Below the pieces are notes generated by a model that ran no database searches, was not told the DNA's origin, and saw only the letters and a list, made by a program, of their open reading frames with translations. This document shows positions 1 to 14,300 of a stretch of DNA of 64,000 nucleotides, piece by piece (position 1 is the stretch's first letter; every line of letters begins with the position of its first letter). A program made the translations under genes and the position numbers. The DNA is from Auanema rhodensis (Eukaryota; Animalia; Nematoda): positions 17,856,001 to 17,920,000 of the forward strand of contig OZ059899.1 of assembly GCA_964057225.1 (NCBI GenBank). Direction: 5' to 3'.

Positions 1-147
1 TTCCAAAAACATTTTGACAAAAATTTTCCCTGAAAATTTCAAAATAATTTCACAAAAAGTAGATGTTTTTAGATTCCTTTTTTCAAGGCAAAGACGATGG
101 ACAGTGTTATTCAACGAAAAAATCAATTTTTCAGGGTGAAAATCGAG

Positions 148-348
148 GATATAAGTGTGAACTTATATCAGTTGATATCTCGGTGCATTTTTAAGCTAGC
201 GCAAATCTGATAACACAGCTCGACGCAGCTTAAAAATCCGCATCGAATGCTTTATACAACATTGAGAAACGCTTAATACAAAAATTAGTTATGATCGTTT
301 GAAAAAAGATGCATTAGTGTATGTTGAGTTTCCATGTACACTCAACAT
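148..348. repeat. Inverted repeats within each 351-bp monomer (first copy shown)
   Basis: GATATAAGT(148-156)/ACTTATATC(161-169); ATTTTTAAGCT(187-197)/AGCTTAAAAAT(227-237); ATGTTGAGT(321-329)/ACTCAACAT(340-348). All are perfect reverse complements. Confidence 0.92.
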
Positions 349-3300
349 TGCTTCCAAAAACATTTTGACAAAAATTTTTCCAAAAAATTTCAAAATAATT
401 TCGCAAAAAGTAAATGTTTTTAGATTCCTTTTTTCAAGGCAAAGACGATGGACAATGTTATTCAACGAAAAAATTGATTCTGCAGGGTGAAAATCGAGGA
501 TATAAGTGTGAACTTATATCAGTTGATATCTCGGTGCATTTTTAAGCTAGCGCAAATCTGATAACACAGCTCGACGCAGCTTAAAAATCCGCATCGAATG
601 CTTTATACAACATTGAGAAACGCTTAATACAAAAATTAGTTATGATCGTTTGAAAAATGATGCATTAGTGTATGTTGAGTTTCCATGTACACTCAACATT
701 GCTTCCAAAAACATTTTGACAAAAATTTTTCCGAAAAATTTCAGAATAATTTCGCAAAAAGTAGATGTTTTTAGATTCCTTTTCTCAAGGCAAAGACGAT
801 GGACAATGTTATTCAACGAAAAAATTAATTCTGCAGGGTGAAAATCGAGGATATAAGTGTGAATTTATATCAGTTGATATCTCGGTGCATTTTTAAGCTA
901 GCGCAAATCTGATAACACAGATCGACGCAGCTTAAAAATCCGCATCGAATGCACTATACTACATTGAAGAACGCTTAATACAAAAATTAGTTATGATCGT
1001 TTGAAAAAAGATGCATTAGTGTATGTTGAGTTTCCATGTACACTCAACATTGCTTCGAAAAACATTTTGACAAAAATTTTTCCAAAAAATTTCAAAATAA
1101 TTTCGCAAAAAGTAAATGTTTTTAGATTCCTTTTTTCAAGGCAAAGACGATGGACAATGTTATTCAACGAAAAAATTGATTCTGCAGGGTGAAAATCGAG
1201 GATATAAGTGTGAACTTATATCAGTTGATATCTCGGTGCATTTTTAAGCTAGCGCAAATCTGATAACACAGCTCGACGCAGCTTAAAAATCCGCATCGAA
1301 TGCTTTATACAACATTGAGAAACGCTTAATACAAAAATTAGTTATGATCGTTTGAAAAATGATGCATTAGTGTATGTTGAGTTTCCATGTACACTCAACA
1401 TTGCTTCCAAAAACATTTTGACAAAAATTTTTCCGAAAAATTTCAGAATAATTTCGCAAAAAGTAGATGTTTTTAGATTCCTTTTTTCAAGGCAAAGACG
1501 ATGGACAATGTTATTCAACGAAAAAATTAATTCTGCAGGGTGAAAATCGAGGATATAAGTGTGAATTTATATCAGTTGATATCTCGGTGCATTTTTAAGC
1601 TAGCGCAAATCTGATAACACAGATCCACGCAGCTTAAAAATCCGATTCGAATGCACTATACTACATTGAGAAACGCTCAATACAAAAATTAGTTATGATC
1701 GTTTGAAAAATGATGCATTAGTGTATGTTGAGTTTCCATGTACACTCAACATTGCTTCCAAAAACATTTTGACAAAAATTTTTCCAAAAAATTTCAAAAT
1801 AATTTCGCAAAAAGTAAATGTTTTTAGATTCCTTTTTTCAAGGCAAAGACGATGGACAATGTTATTCAACGAAAAAATTAATTCTGCAGGGTGAAAATCG
1901 AGGATATAAGTGTGAACTTATATCAGTTGATATCTCGGTGCATTTTTAAGCTAGCGCAAATCTGATAACACAGATCGACGCAGCTTAAAAATCCGCATCG
2001 AATGCACTATGCTACATTGAAAAACGCTTAATACAAAAATTAGTTATGATCGTTTGAAAAAAGATGCATTAGTGTATGTTGAGTTTCCATGTACACTCAA
2101 CATTGCTTCCAAAAACATTTTGACAAAAATTTTTCCAAAAAATTTCAAGATAATTTCGCAAAAAGTAGATGTTTTTAGATTCCTTTTCTCAAGGCAAAGA
2201 CGATGGACAATGTTATTCAACGAAAAAATTAATTCTGCAGGGTGAAAATCGAGGATATAAGTGTGAATTTATATCAGTTGATATCTCGGTGCATTTTTAA
2301 GCTAGCGCAAATCTGATAACACAGATCGACGCAGCTTAAAAATCCGCATCGAATGCACTATACTACATTGAAGAACGCTTAATACAAAAATTAGTTATGA
2401 TCGTTTGAAAAAAGATGCATTAGTGTATGTTGAGTTTCCATGTACACTCAACATTGCTTCCAAAAACATTTTGACAAAAATTTTTCCAAAAAATTTCAAA
2501 ATAATTTCGCAAAAAGTAAATGTTTTTAGATTCCTTTTTTCAAGGCAAAGACGATGGACATTGTTATTCAACGAAAAAATTGATTCTGCAGGGTGAAAAT
2601 CGAGGATATAAGTGTGAACTTATATCAGTTGATATCTCGGTGCATTTTTAAGCTAGCGCAAATCTGATAACACAGCTCGACGCAGCGTAAAAATTCGCAT
2701 CGAATGCTTTATACAACATTGAGAAACGCTTAATACAAAAATTAGTTATGATCGTTTGAAAAAAGATGCATTAGTGTATGTTGAGTTTCCATGTACACTC
2801 AACATTGCTTCCAAAAACATTTTGACAAAAATTTTTCCGAAAAATTTCAGAATAATTTCGCAAAAAGTAGATGTTTTTAGATTCCTTTTTTCAAGGCAAA
2901 GACGATGGACAATGTTATTCAACGAAAAAATTAATTCTGCAGGGTGAAAATCGAGGATATAAGTGTGAATTTATATCAGTTGATATCTCGGTGCATTTTT
3001 AAGCTAGCGCAAATCTGATAACACAGATCGACGCAGCTTAAAAATCCGCATCGAATGCTTTATACAACATTGAAAAACGCTTATTACAAAAATTAGTTAT
3101 GATCGTTTGAAAAAAGATGCATTAGTGTATGTTGAGTTTCCATGTACACTCAACATTGCTTCCAAAAACATTTTGACAAAAATTTTTCCAAAAAATTTCA
3201 AAATAATTTCGCAAAAAGTAAATGTTTTTAGATTCCTTTTTTCTAGGCAAAGACGATGGACATTGTTATTCAACGAAAAAATTGATTCTGCAGGGTGAAA

Positions 3301-6300
3301 ATCGAGGATATAAGTGTGAACTTATATCAGTTGATATCTCGGTGCATTTTTAAGCTAGCGCAAATCTGATAACACAGATCGACGCAGCTTAAAAATCCGC
3401 ATCGAATGCACTATACTACATTGAAAAACGCTTAATACAAAAATTAGTTATGATCGTTTGAAAAAAGATGCATTAGTGTATGTTGAGTTTCCATGTACAC
3501 TCAACATTGCTTCCAAAAACATTTTGACAAAAATTTTTCCAAAAAATTTCAAAATAATTTCGCAAAAAGTAAATGTTTTTAGATTCCTTTTTTCAAGGCA
3601 AAGACGATGGACAATGTTATTCAACGAAAAAATTGATTCTGCAGGGTGAAAATCGAGGATATAAGTGTGAACTTATATCAGTTGATATCTCGGTGCATTT
3701 TTAAGCTAGCGCAAATCTGATAACACAGATCCACGCAGCTTAAAAATCCGATTCGAATGCACTATACTACATTGAGAAACGCTCAATACAAAAATTAGTT
3801 ATGATCGTTTGAAAAATGATGCATTAGTGTATGTTGAGTTTCCATGTACACTCAACATTGCTTCCAAAAACATTTTGACAAAAATTTTTCCAAAAAATTT
3901 CAAAATAATTTCGCAAAAAGTAAATGTTTTTAGATTCCTTTTTTCAAGGCAAAGACGATGGACAATGTTATTCAACGAAAAAATTAATTCTGCAGGGTGA
4001 AAATCGAGGATATAAGTGTGAACTTATATCAGTTGATATCTCGGTGCATTTTTAAGCTAGCGCAAATCTGATAACACAGATCGACGCAGCTTAAAAATCC
4101 GCATCGAATGCACTATGCTACATTGAAAAACGCTTAATACAAAAATTAGTTATGATCGTTTGAAAAATGATGCATTAGTGTATGTTGAGTTTCCATGTAC
4201 ACTCAACATTGCTTCCAAAAACATTTTGACAAAAATTTTTCCAAAAAATTTCAAAATAATTTCGCAAAAAGTAGATGTTTTTAGATTCCTTTTCTCAAGG
4301 CAAAGACGATGGACAATGTTATTCAACGAAAAAATTAATTCTGCAGGGTGAAAATCGAGGATATAAGTGTGAATTTATATCAGTTGATATCTCGGTGCAT
4401 TTTTAAGCTAGCGCAAATCTGATAACACAGATCGACGCAGCTTAAAAATCCGCATCGAATGCACTATGCTACATTGAAAAACGCTTAATACAAAAATTAG
4501 TTATGATCGTTTGAAAAAAGATGCATTAGTGTATGTTGAGTTTCCATGTACACTCAACATTGCTTCCAAAAACATTTTGACAAAAATTTTTCCAAAAAAT
4601 TTCAAAATAATTTCGCAAAAAGTAGATGTTTTTAGATTCCTTTTCTCAAGGCAAAGACGATGGACAATGTTATTCAACGAAAAAATTAATTCTGCAGGGT
4701 GAAAATCGAGGATATAAGTGTGAATTTATATCAGTTGATATCTCGGTGCATTTTTAAGCTAGCGCAAATCTGATAACACAGATCGACGCAGCTTAAAAAT
4801 CCGCATCGAATGCACTATACTACATTGAAAAACGCTTAATACAAAAATTAGTTATGATCGTTTGAAAAAAGATGCATTAGTGTATGTTGAGTTTCCATGT
4901 ACACTCAACATTGCTTCCAAAAACATTTTGACAAAAATTTTTCCAAAAAATTTCAAAATAATTTCGCAAAAAGTAAATGTTTTTAGATTCCTTTTTTCAA
5001 GGCAAAGACGATGGACAATGTTATTCAACGAAAAAATTAATTCTGCAGGGTGAAAATCGAGGATATAAGTGTGAATTTATATCAGTTGATATCTCGGTGC
5101 ATTTTTAAGCTAGCGCAAATCTGATAACACAGATCGACGCAGCTTAAAAATCCGCATCGAATGCACTATACTACATTGAAAAACGCTTAATACAAAAATT
5201 AGTTATGATCGTTTGAAAAAAGATGCATTAGTGTATGTTGAGTTTCCATGTACACTCAACATTGCTTCCAAAAACATTTTGACAAAAATTTTTCCAAAAA
5301 ATTTCAAAATAATTTCGCAAAAAGTAAATGTTTTTAGATTCCTTTTTTCAAGGCAAAGACAATGGACAATGTTATTCAACGAAAAAATTAATTCTGCAGG
5401 GTGAAAATCGAGGATATAAGTGTGAATTTATATCAGTTGATATCTCGGTGCATTTTTAAGCTAGCGCAAATCTGATAACACAGATCGACGCAGCTTAAAA
5501 ATCCGCATCGAATGCTTTATACAACATTGAAAAACGCTTAATACAAGAATTAGTTATGATCGTTTGAAAAAAGATGCATTAGTGTATGTTGAGTTTCCAT
5601 GTACACTCAACATTGCTTCCAAAAACATTTTGACAAAAATTTTTCCAAAAAATTTCAAAATAATTTCGCAAAAAGTAAATGTTTTTAGATTCCTTTTTTC
5701 AAGGCAAAGACGATGGACATTGTTATTCAACGAAAAAATTGATTCTGCAGGGTGAAAATCGAGGATATAAGTGTGAACTTATATCAGTTGATATCTCGGT
5801 GCATTTTTAAGCTAGCGCAAATCTGATAACACAGATCGACGCAGCTTAAAAATCCGCATCGAATGCACTATACTACATTGAAAAACGCTTAATACAAAAA
5901 TTAGTTATGATCGTTTGAAAAAAGATGCATTAGTGTATGTTGAGTTTCCATGTACACTCAACATTGCTTCCAAAAACATTTTGACAAAAATTTTTCCAAA
6001 AAATTTCAAAATAATTTCGCAAAAAGTAAATGTTTTTAGATTCCTTTTTTCAAGGCAAAGACAATGGACAATGTTATTCAACGAAAAAATTAATTCTGCA
6101 GGGTGAAAATCGAGGATATAAGTGTGAATTTATATCAGTTGATATCTCGGTGCATTTTTAAGCTAGCGCAAATCTGATAACACAGATCGACGCAGCTTAA
6201 AAATCCGCATCGAATGCTTTATACAACATTGAAAAACGCTTAATACAAGAATTAGTTATGATCGTTTGAAAAAAGATGCATTAGTGTATGTTGAGTTTCC

Positions 6301-9300
6301 ATGTACACTCAACATTGCTTCCAAAAACATTTTGACAAAAATTTTTCCAAAAAATTTCAAAATAATTTCGCAAAAAGTAAATGTTTTTAGATTCCTTTTT
6401 TCAAGGCAAAGACGATGGACATTGTTATTCAACGAAAAAATTGATTCTGCAGGGTGAAAATCGAGGATATAAGTGTGAACTTATATCAGTTGATATCTCG
6501 GTGCATTTTTAAGCTAGCGCAAATCTGATAACACAGATCGACGCAGCTTAAAATTCCGCATCGAATGCACTATACTACATTGAAAAACGCTTAATACAAA
6601 AATTAGTTATGATCGTTTGAAAAAAGATGCATTAGTGTATGTTGAGTTTCCATGTACACTCAACATTGCTTCCAAAAACATTTTGACAAAAATTTTTCCA
6701 AAAAATTTCAAAATAATTTCGCAAAAAGTAAATGTTTTTAGATTCCTTTTTTCAAGGCAAAGACGATGGACAATGTTATTCAACGAAAAAATTGATTCTG
6801 CAGGGTGAAAATCGAGGATATAAGTGTGAACTTATATCAGTTGATATCTCGGTGCATTTTTAAGCTAGCGCAAATCTGATAACACAGCTCGACGCAGCTT
6901 AAAAATCCGCATCGAATGCTTTATACAACATTGAGAAACGCTTAATACAAAAATTAGTTATGATCGTTTGAAAAATGATGCATTAGTGTATGTTGAGTTT
7001 CCATGTACACTCAACATTGCTTCCAAAAACATTTTGACAAAAATTTTTCCAAAAAATTTCAAAATAATTTCGCAAAAAGTAAATGTTTTTAGATTCCTTT
7101 TTTCAAGGCAAAGACGATGGACATTGTTATTCAACGAAAAACTTGATTCTGCAGGGTGAAAATCGATGATATAAGTGTGAACTTATATCAGTTGATATCT
7201 CGGTGCATTTTTAAGCTAGCGCAAATCTGATAACACAGCTCGACGCAGCTTAAAAATCCGCATCGAATGCTTTATACAACATTGAGAAACGCTTAATACA
7301 AAAATTAGTTATGATCGTTTGAAAAATGATGCATTAGTGTATGTTGAGTTTCCATGTACACTCAACATTGCTTCCAAAAACATTTTGACAAAAATTTTTC
7401 CAAAAAATTTCAAAATAATTTCGCAAAAAGTAAATGTTTTTAGATTCCTTTTTTCAAGGCAAAGACGATGGACATTGTTATTCAACGAAAAAATTGATTC
7501 TGCAGGGTGAAAATCGAGGATATAAGTGTGAACTTATATCAGTTGATATCTCGGTGCATTTTTAAGCTAGCGCAAATCTGATAACACAGCTCGACGCAGC
7601 TTAAAAATCCGCATCGAATGCTTTATACAACATTGAGAAACGCTTAATACAAAAATTAGTTATGATCGTTTGAAAAATGATGCATTAGTGTATGTTGAGT
7701 TTCCATGTACACTCAACATTGCTTCCAAAAACATTTTGACAAAAATTTTTCCAAAAAATTTCAAAATAATTTCGCAAAAAGTAAATGTTTTTAGATTCCT
7801 TTTTTCAAGGCAAAGACGATGGACAATGTTATTCAACGAAAAAATTGATTCTGCAGGGTGAAAATCGAGGATATAAGTGTGAACTTATATCAGTTGATAT
7901 CTCGGTGCATTTTTAAGCTAGCGCAAATCTGATAACACAGCTCGACGCAGCTTAAAAATCCGCATCGAATGCTTTATACAACATTGAGAAACGCTTAATA
8001 CAAAAATTAGTTATGATCGTTTGAAAAATGATGCATTAGTGTATGTTGAGTTTCCATGTACACTCAACATTGCTTCCAAAAACATTTTGACAAAAATTTT
8101 TCCAAAAAATTTCAAAATAATTTCGCAAAAAGTAAATGTTTTTAGATTCCTTTTTTCAAGGCAAAGACGATGGACATTGTTATTCAACGAAAAACTTGAT
8201 TCTGCAGGGTGAAAATCGATGATATAAGTGTGAACTTATATCAGTTGATATCTCGGTGCATTTTTAAGCTAGCGCAAATCTGATAACACAGCTCGACGCA
8301 GCTTAAAAATCCGCATCGAATGCTTTATACAACATTGAGAAACGCTTAATACAAAAATTAGTTATGATCGTTTGAAAAATGATGCATTAGTGTATGTTGA
8401 GTTTCCATGTACACTCAACATTGCTTCCAAAAACATTTTGACAAAAATTTTTCCAAAAAATTTCAAAATAATTTCGCAAAAAGTAAATGTTTTTAGATTC
8501 CTTTTTTCAAGGCAAAGACGATGGACATTGTTATTCAACGAAAAAATTGATTCTGCAGGGTGAAAATCGAGGATATAAGTGTGAACTTATATCAGTTGAT
8601 ACCTCGGTGCATTTTTAAGCTAGCGCAAATCTGATAACACAGCTCGACGCAGCTTAAAAATCCGCATCGAATGCTTTATACAACATTGAGAAACGCTTAA
8701 TACAAAAATTAGTTATGATCGTTTGAAAAATGATGCATTAGTGTATGTTGAGTTTCCATGTACACTCAACATTGCTTCCAAAAACATTTTGACAAAAATT
8801 TTTCCGAAAAATTTCAAAATAATTTCGCAAAAAGTAGATGTTTTTAGATTCCTTTTTTCAAGGCAAAGACGATGGACAATGTTATTCAACGAAAAAATTA
8901 ATTCTGCAGGGTGAAAATCGAGGATATAAGTGTGAATTTATATCAGTTGATATCTCGGTGCATTTTTAAGCTAGCGCAAATCTGATAACACAGATCGACG
9001 CAGCTTAAAAATCCGCATCGAATGCACTATACTACATTGAAAAACGCTTAATACAAAAATTAGTTATGATCGTTTGAAAAAAGATGCATTAGTGTATGTT
9101 GAGTTTCCATGTACACTCAACATTGCTTCCAAAAACATTTTGACAAAAATTTTTCCAAAAAATTTCAAAATAATTTCGCAAAAAGTAAATGTTTTTAGAT
9201 TCCTTTTTTCAAGGCAAAAACGATGGACAATGTTATTCAACGAAAAAATTGATTCTGCAGGGTGAAAATCGAGGATATAAGTGTGAACTTATATCAGTTG

Positions 9301-11339
9301 ATATCTCGGTGCATTTTTAAGCTAGCGCAAATCTGATAACACAGATCGACGCAGCTTAAAAATCCGCATCGAATGCTTTATACAACATTGAGAAACGCTT
9401 AATACAAAAATAAGTTATGATCGTTTGAAAAATGATGCATTAGTGTATGTTGAGTTTCCATGTACACTCAACATTGCTTCCAAAAACATTTTGACAAAAA
9501 TTTTTCCGAAAAATTTCAAAATAATTTCGCAAAAAGTAGATGTTTTTAGATTCCTTTTTTCAAGGCAAAGACGATGGACAATGTTATTCAACGAAAAAAT
9601 TAATTCTGCAGGGTGAAAATCGAGGATATAAGTGTGAATTTATATCAGTTGATATCTCGGTGCATTTTTAAGCTAGCGCAAATCTGATAACACAGATCGA
9701 CGCAGCTTAAAAATCCGCATCGAATGCTTTATACAACATTGAAAAACGCTTAATACAAAAATTAGTTATGATCGTTTGAAAAAAGATGCATTAGTGTATG
9801 TTGAGTTTCCATGTACACTCAACATTGCTTCCAAAAACATTTTGACAAAAATTTTTCCAAAAAATTTCAAAATAATTTCGCAAAAAGTAAATGTTTTTAG
9901 ATTCCTTTTTTCAAGGCAAAGACGATGGACATTGTTATTCAACGAAAAAATTGATTCTGCAGGGTGAAAATCGAGGATAAAAGTGTGAACTTATATCAGT
10001 TGATATCTCGGTGCATTTTTAAGCTAGCGCAAATCTGATAACACAGATCGACGCAGCTTAAAAATCCGCATCGAATGCACTATACTACATTGAAAAACGC
10101 TTAATACAAAAATTAGTTATGATCGTTTGAAAAAAGATGCATTAGTGTATGTTGAGTTTCCATGTACACTCAACATTGCTTCCAAAAACATTTTGACAAA
10201 AATTTTTCCAAAAAATTTCAAAATAATTTCGCAAAAAGTAAATGTTTTTAGATTCCTTTTTTCAAGGCAAAGACGATGGACAATGTTATTCAACGAAAAA
10301 ATTGATTCTGCAGGGTGAAAATCGAGGATATAAGTGTGAACTTATATCAGTTGATATCTCGGTGCATTTTTAAGCTAGCGCAAATCTGATAACACAGCTC
10401 GACGCAGCTTAAAAATCCGCATCGAATGCTTTATACAACATTGAGAAACGCTTAATACAAAAATTAGTTATGATCGTTTGAAAAATGATGCATTAGTGTA
10501 TGTTGAGTTTCCATGTACACTCAACATTGCTTCCAAAAACATTTTGACAAAAATTTTTCCGAAAAATTTCAAAATAATTTCGCAAAAAGTAGATGTTTTT
10601 AGATTCCTTTTTTCAAGGCAAAGACGATGGACAATGTTATTCAACGAAAAAATTAATTCTGCAGGGTGAAAATCGAGGATATAAGTGTGAATTTATATCA
10701 GTTGATATCTCGGTGCATTTTTAAGCTAGCGCAAATCTGATAACACAGATCGACGCAGCTTAAAAATCCGCATCGAATGCACTATACTACATTGAAAAAC
10801 GCTTAATACAAAAATTAGTTATGATCGTTTAAAAAAAGATGCATTAGTGTATGTTGAGTTTCCATGTACACTCAACATTGCTTCCAAAAACATTTTGACA
10901 AAAATTTTTCCAAAAAATTTCAAAATAATTTCGCAAAAAGTAAATGTTTTTAGATTCCTTTTTTCAAGGCAAAGACGATGGACATTGTTATTCAACGAAA
11001 AAATTGATTCTGCAGGGTGAAAATCGAGGATATAAGTGTGAACTTATATCAGTTGATATCTCGGTGCATTTTTAAGCTAGCGCAAATCTGATAACACAGC
11101 TCGACGCAGCTTAAAAATCCGCATCGAATGCTTTATACAACATTGAGAAACGCTTAATACAAAAATTAGTTATGATCGTTTGAAAAATGATGCATTAGTG
11201 TATGTTGAGTTTCCATGTACACTCAACATTGCTTCCAAAAACATTTTGACAAAAATTTTTCCGAAAAATTTCAAAATAATTTCGCAAAAAGTAGATGTTT
11301 TTAGATTCCTTTTTTCAAGGCAAAGACGATGGACAATGT

Positions 11340-14300
11340 TATTCAACGAGAAAATTAATTCTGCAGGGTGAAAATCGAGGATATAAGTGTGAACTTATAT
11401 CAGTTGATATCTCGGTGCATTTTTAAGCTAGCGCAAATCTGATAACACAGATCGACGCAGCTTAAAAATCCGCATCGAATGCACTATACTACATTGAAAA
11501 ACGCTTGATACAAAAATTAGTTATGATCGTTTGAAAAAAGATGCATTAGTGTATGTTGAGTTTCCATGTACACTCAACATTGCTTCCAAAAACATTTTGA
11601 CAAAAATTTTTCCGAAAAATTTCTAAATAATTTCGCAAAAAGTAGATGTTTTTAGATTCCTTTTTTCAAGGCAAAGACGATGGACAATGTTATTCAACGA
11701 AAAAATTAATTCTGCAGGGTGAAAATCGAGGATATAAGTGTGAACTTATATCAGTTGATATCTCGGTGCATTTTTAAGCTAGCTCAAATCTGATAACACA
11801 GATCGACGCAGCTTAGAAATCCGCATCGAATGCACTATACAACATTGAGAAACGCTTAATACAAAAATTAGTTATGATCGTTTGAAAAAAGATGCATTAG
11901 TGTATGTTGAGTTTCCATGTACACTCAACATTGCTTCCAAAAACATTTTGACAAAAATTTTTCCGAAAAATTTCAAAATAATTTCGCAAAAAGTAGATGT
12001 TTTTAGATTCCTTTTTTCAAGGCAAAGACGATGGACAATGTTATTCAACGAAAAAATTAATTCTGCAGGGTGAAAATCGAGGATATAAGTGTGAACTTAT
12101 ATCAGTTGATATCTCGGTGCATTTTTAAGCTAGCGCAAATCTGATAACACAGATCGACGCAGCTTAAAAATCCGCATCGAATGCACTATACTACATTGAA
12201 AAACGCTTAATACAAAAATTAGTTATGATCGTTTGAAAAAAGATGCATTAGTGTATGTTGAGTTTCCATGTACACTCAACATTGCTTCCAAAAACATTTT
12301 GACAAAAATTTTTCCGAAAAATTTCTAAATAATTTCGCAAAAAGTAGATGTTTTTAGATTCCTTTTTTCAAGGCAAAGACGATGGACAATGTTATTCAAC
12401 GAAAAAATTAATTCTGCAGGGTGAAAATCGAGGATATAAGTGTGAACTTATATCAGTTGATATCTCGGTGCATTTTTAAGCTAGCTCAAATCTGATAACA
12501 CAGATCGACGCAGCTTAGCAATCCGCATCGAATGCACTATACAACATTGAGAAACGCTTAATACAAAAATTAGTTATGATCGTTTGAAAAAAGATGCATT
12601 AGTGTATGTTGAGTTTCCATGTACACTCAACATTGCTTCCAAAAACATTTTGACAAAAATTTTTCCGAAAAATTTCAAAATAATTTCGCAAAAAGTAGAT
12701 GTTTTTAGATTCCTTTTTTCAAGGCAAAGACGATGGACAATGTTATTCAACGAAAAAATTAATTCTGCAGGGTGAAAATCGAGGATATAAATGTGAACTT
12801 ATATCAGTTGATATCTCGGTGCATTTTTAAGCTAGCGCAAATCTGATAACACAGATCGACGCAGCTTAACAATCCGCATCGAATGCACTATACTACATTG
12901 AAGAACGCATAATACAGAAATTAGTTATGATCGTTTGAAAAAAGATGCATTAGTGTATGTTGAGTTTCCATGTACACTCAACATTGCTTCCAAAAACATT
13001 TTGACAAAAATTTTTCCGAAAAATTTCAAAATAATTTCGCAAAAAGTAAATGTTTTTAGATTCCTTTTTTCAAGGCAAAGACGATGGACAATGTTATTCA
13101 ACGAAAAAATTAATTCTGCAGGGTGAAAATCGAGGATATAAGTGTGAACTTATATCAGTTGATATCTCGGTGCATTTTTAAGCTAGCGCAAACCTGATAA
13201 CACAGATCGACGCAGCTTAAAAATCCGCATCGAATGCACTATACTACATTGAAAAACGCTTAATACAAAAATTAGTTATGATCGTTTGAAAAAAGATGCA
13301 TTAGTGTATGTTGAGTTTCCATGTACACTCAACATTGCTTCCAAAAACATTTTGACAAAAATTTTTCCGAAAAATTTCTAAATAATTTCGCAAAAAGTAG
13401 ATGTTTTTAGATTCCTTTTTTCAAGGCAAAGACGATGGACAATGTTATTCAACGAAAAAATTAATTCTGCAGGGTGAAAATCGAGGATATAAGTGTGAAC
13501 TTATATCAGTTGATATCTCGGTGCATTTTTAAGCTAGCTCAAATCTGATAACACAGATCGACGCAGCTTAGAAATCCGCATCGAATGCACTATACAACAT
13601 TGAGAAACGCTTAATACAAAAATTAGTTATGATCGTTTGAAAAAAGATGCATTAGTGTATGTTGAGTTTCCATGTACACTCAACATTGCTTCCAAAAACA
13701 TTTTGACAAAAATTTTTCCGAAAAATTTCAAAATAATTTCGCAAAAAGTAGATGTTTTTAGATTCCTTTTTTCAAGGCAAAGACGATGGACAATGTTATT
13801 CAACGAAAAAATTAATTCTGCAGGGTGAAAATCGAGGATATAAATGTGAACTTATATCAGTTGATATCTCGGTGCATTTTTAAGCTAGCGCAAATCTGAT
13901 AACACAGATCGACGCAGCTTAACAATCCGCATCGAATGCACTATACTACATTGAAGAACGCATAATACAGAAATTAGTTATGATCGTTTGAAAAAAGATG
14001 CATTAGTGTATGTTGAGTTTCCATGTACACTCAACATTGCTTCCAAAAACATTTTGACAAAAATTTTTCCGAAAAATTTCAAAATAATTTCGCAAAAAGT
14101 AAATGTTTTTAGATTCCTTTTTTCAAGGCAAAGACGATGGACAATGTTATTCAACGAAAAAATTAATTCTGCAGGGTGAAAATCGAGGATATAAGTGTGA
14201 ACTTATATCAGTTGATATCTCGGTGCATTTTTAAGCTAGCGCAAACCTGATAACACAGATCGACGCAGCTTAAAAATCCGCATCGAATGCACTATACTAC

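Noticed and set aside
148-348. Rho-independent terminators or bacterial promoters
   Set aside because: The hairpins are AT-rich, lack a gene context and lie within eukaryote-type satellite DNA.
398-416. CENP-B box
   Set aside because: TTCGCAAAAAGTAAA has the TTCG....A part but lacks the required CGGG.
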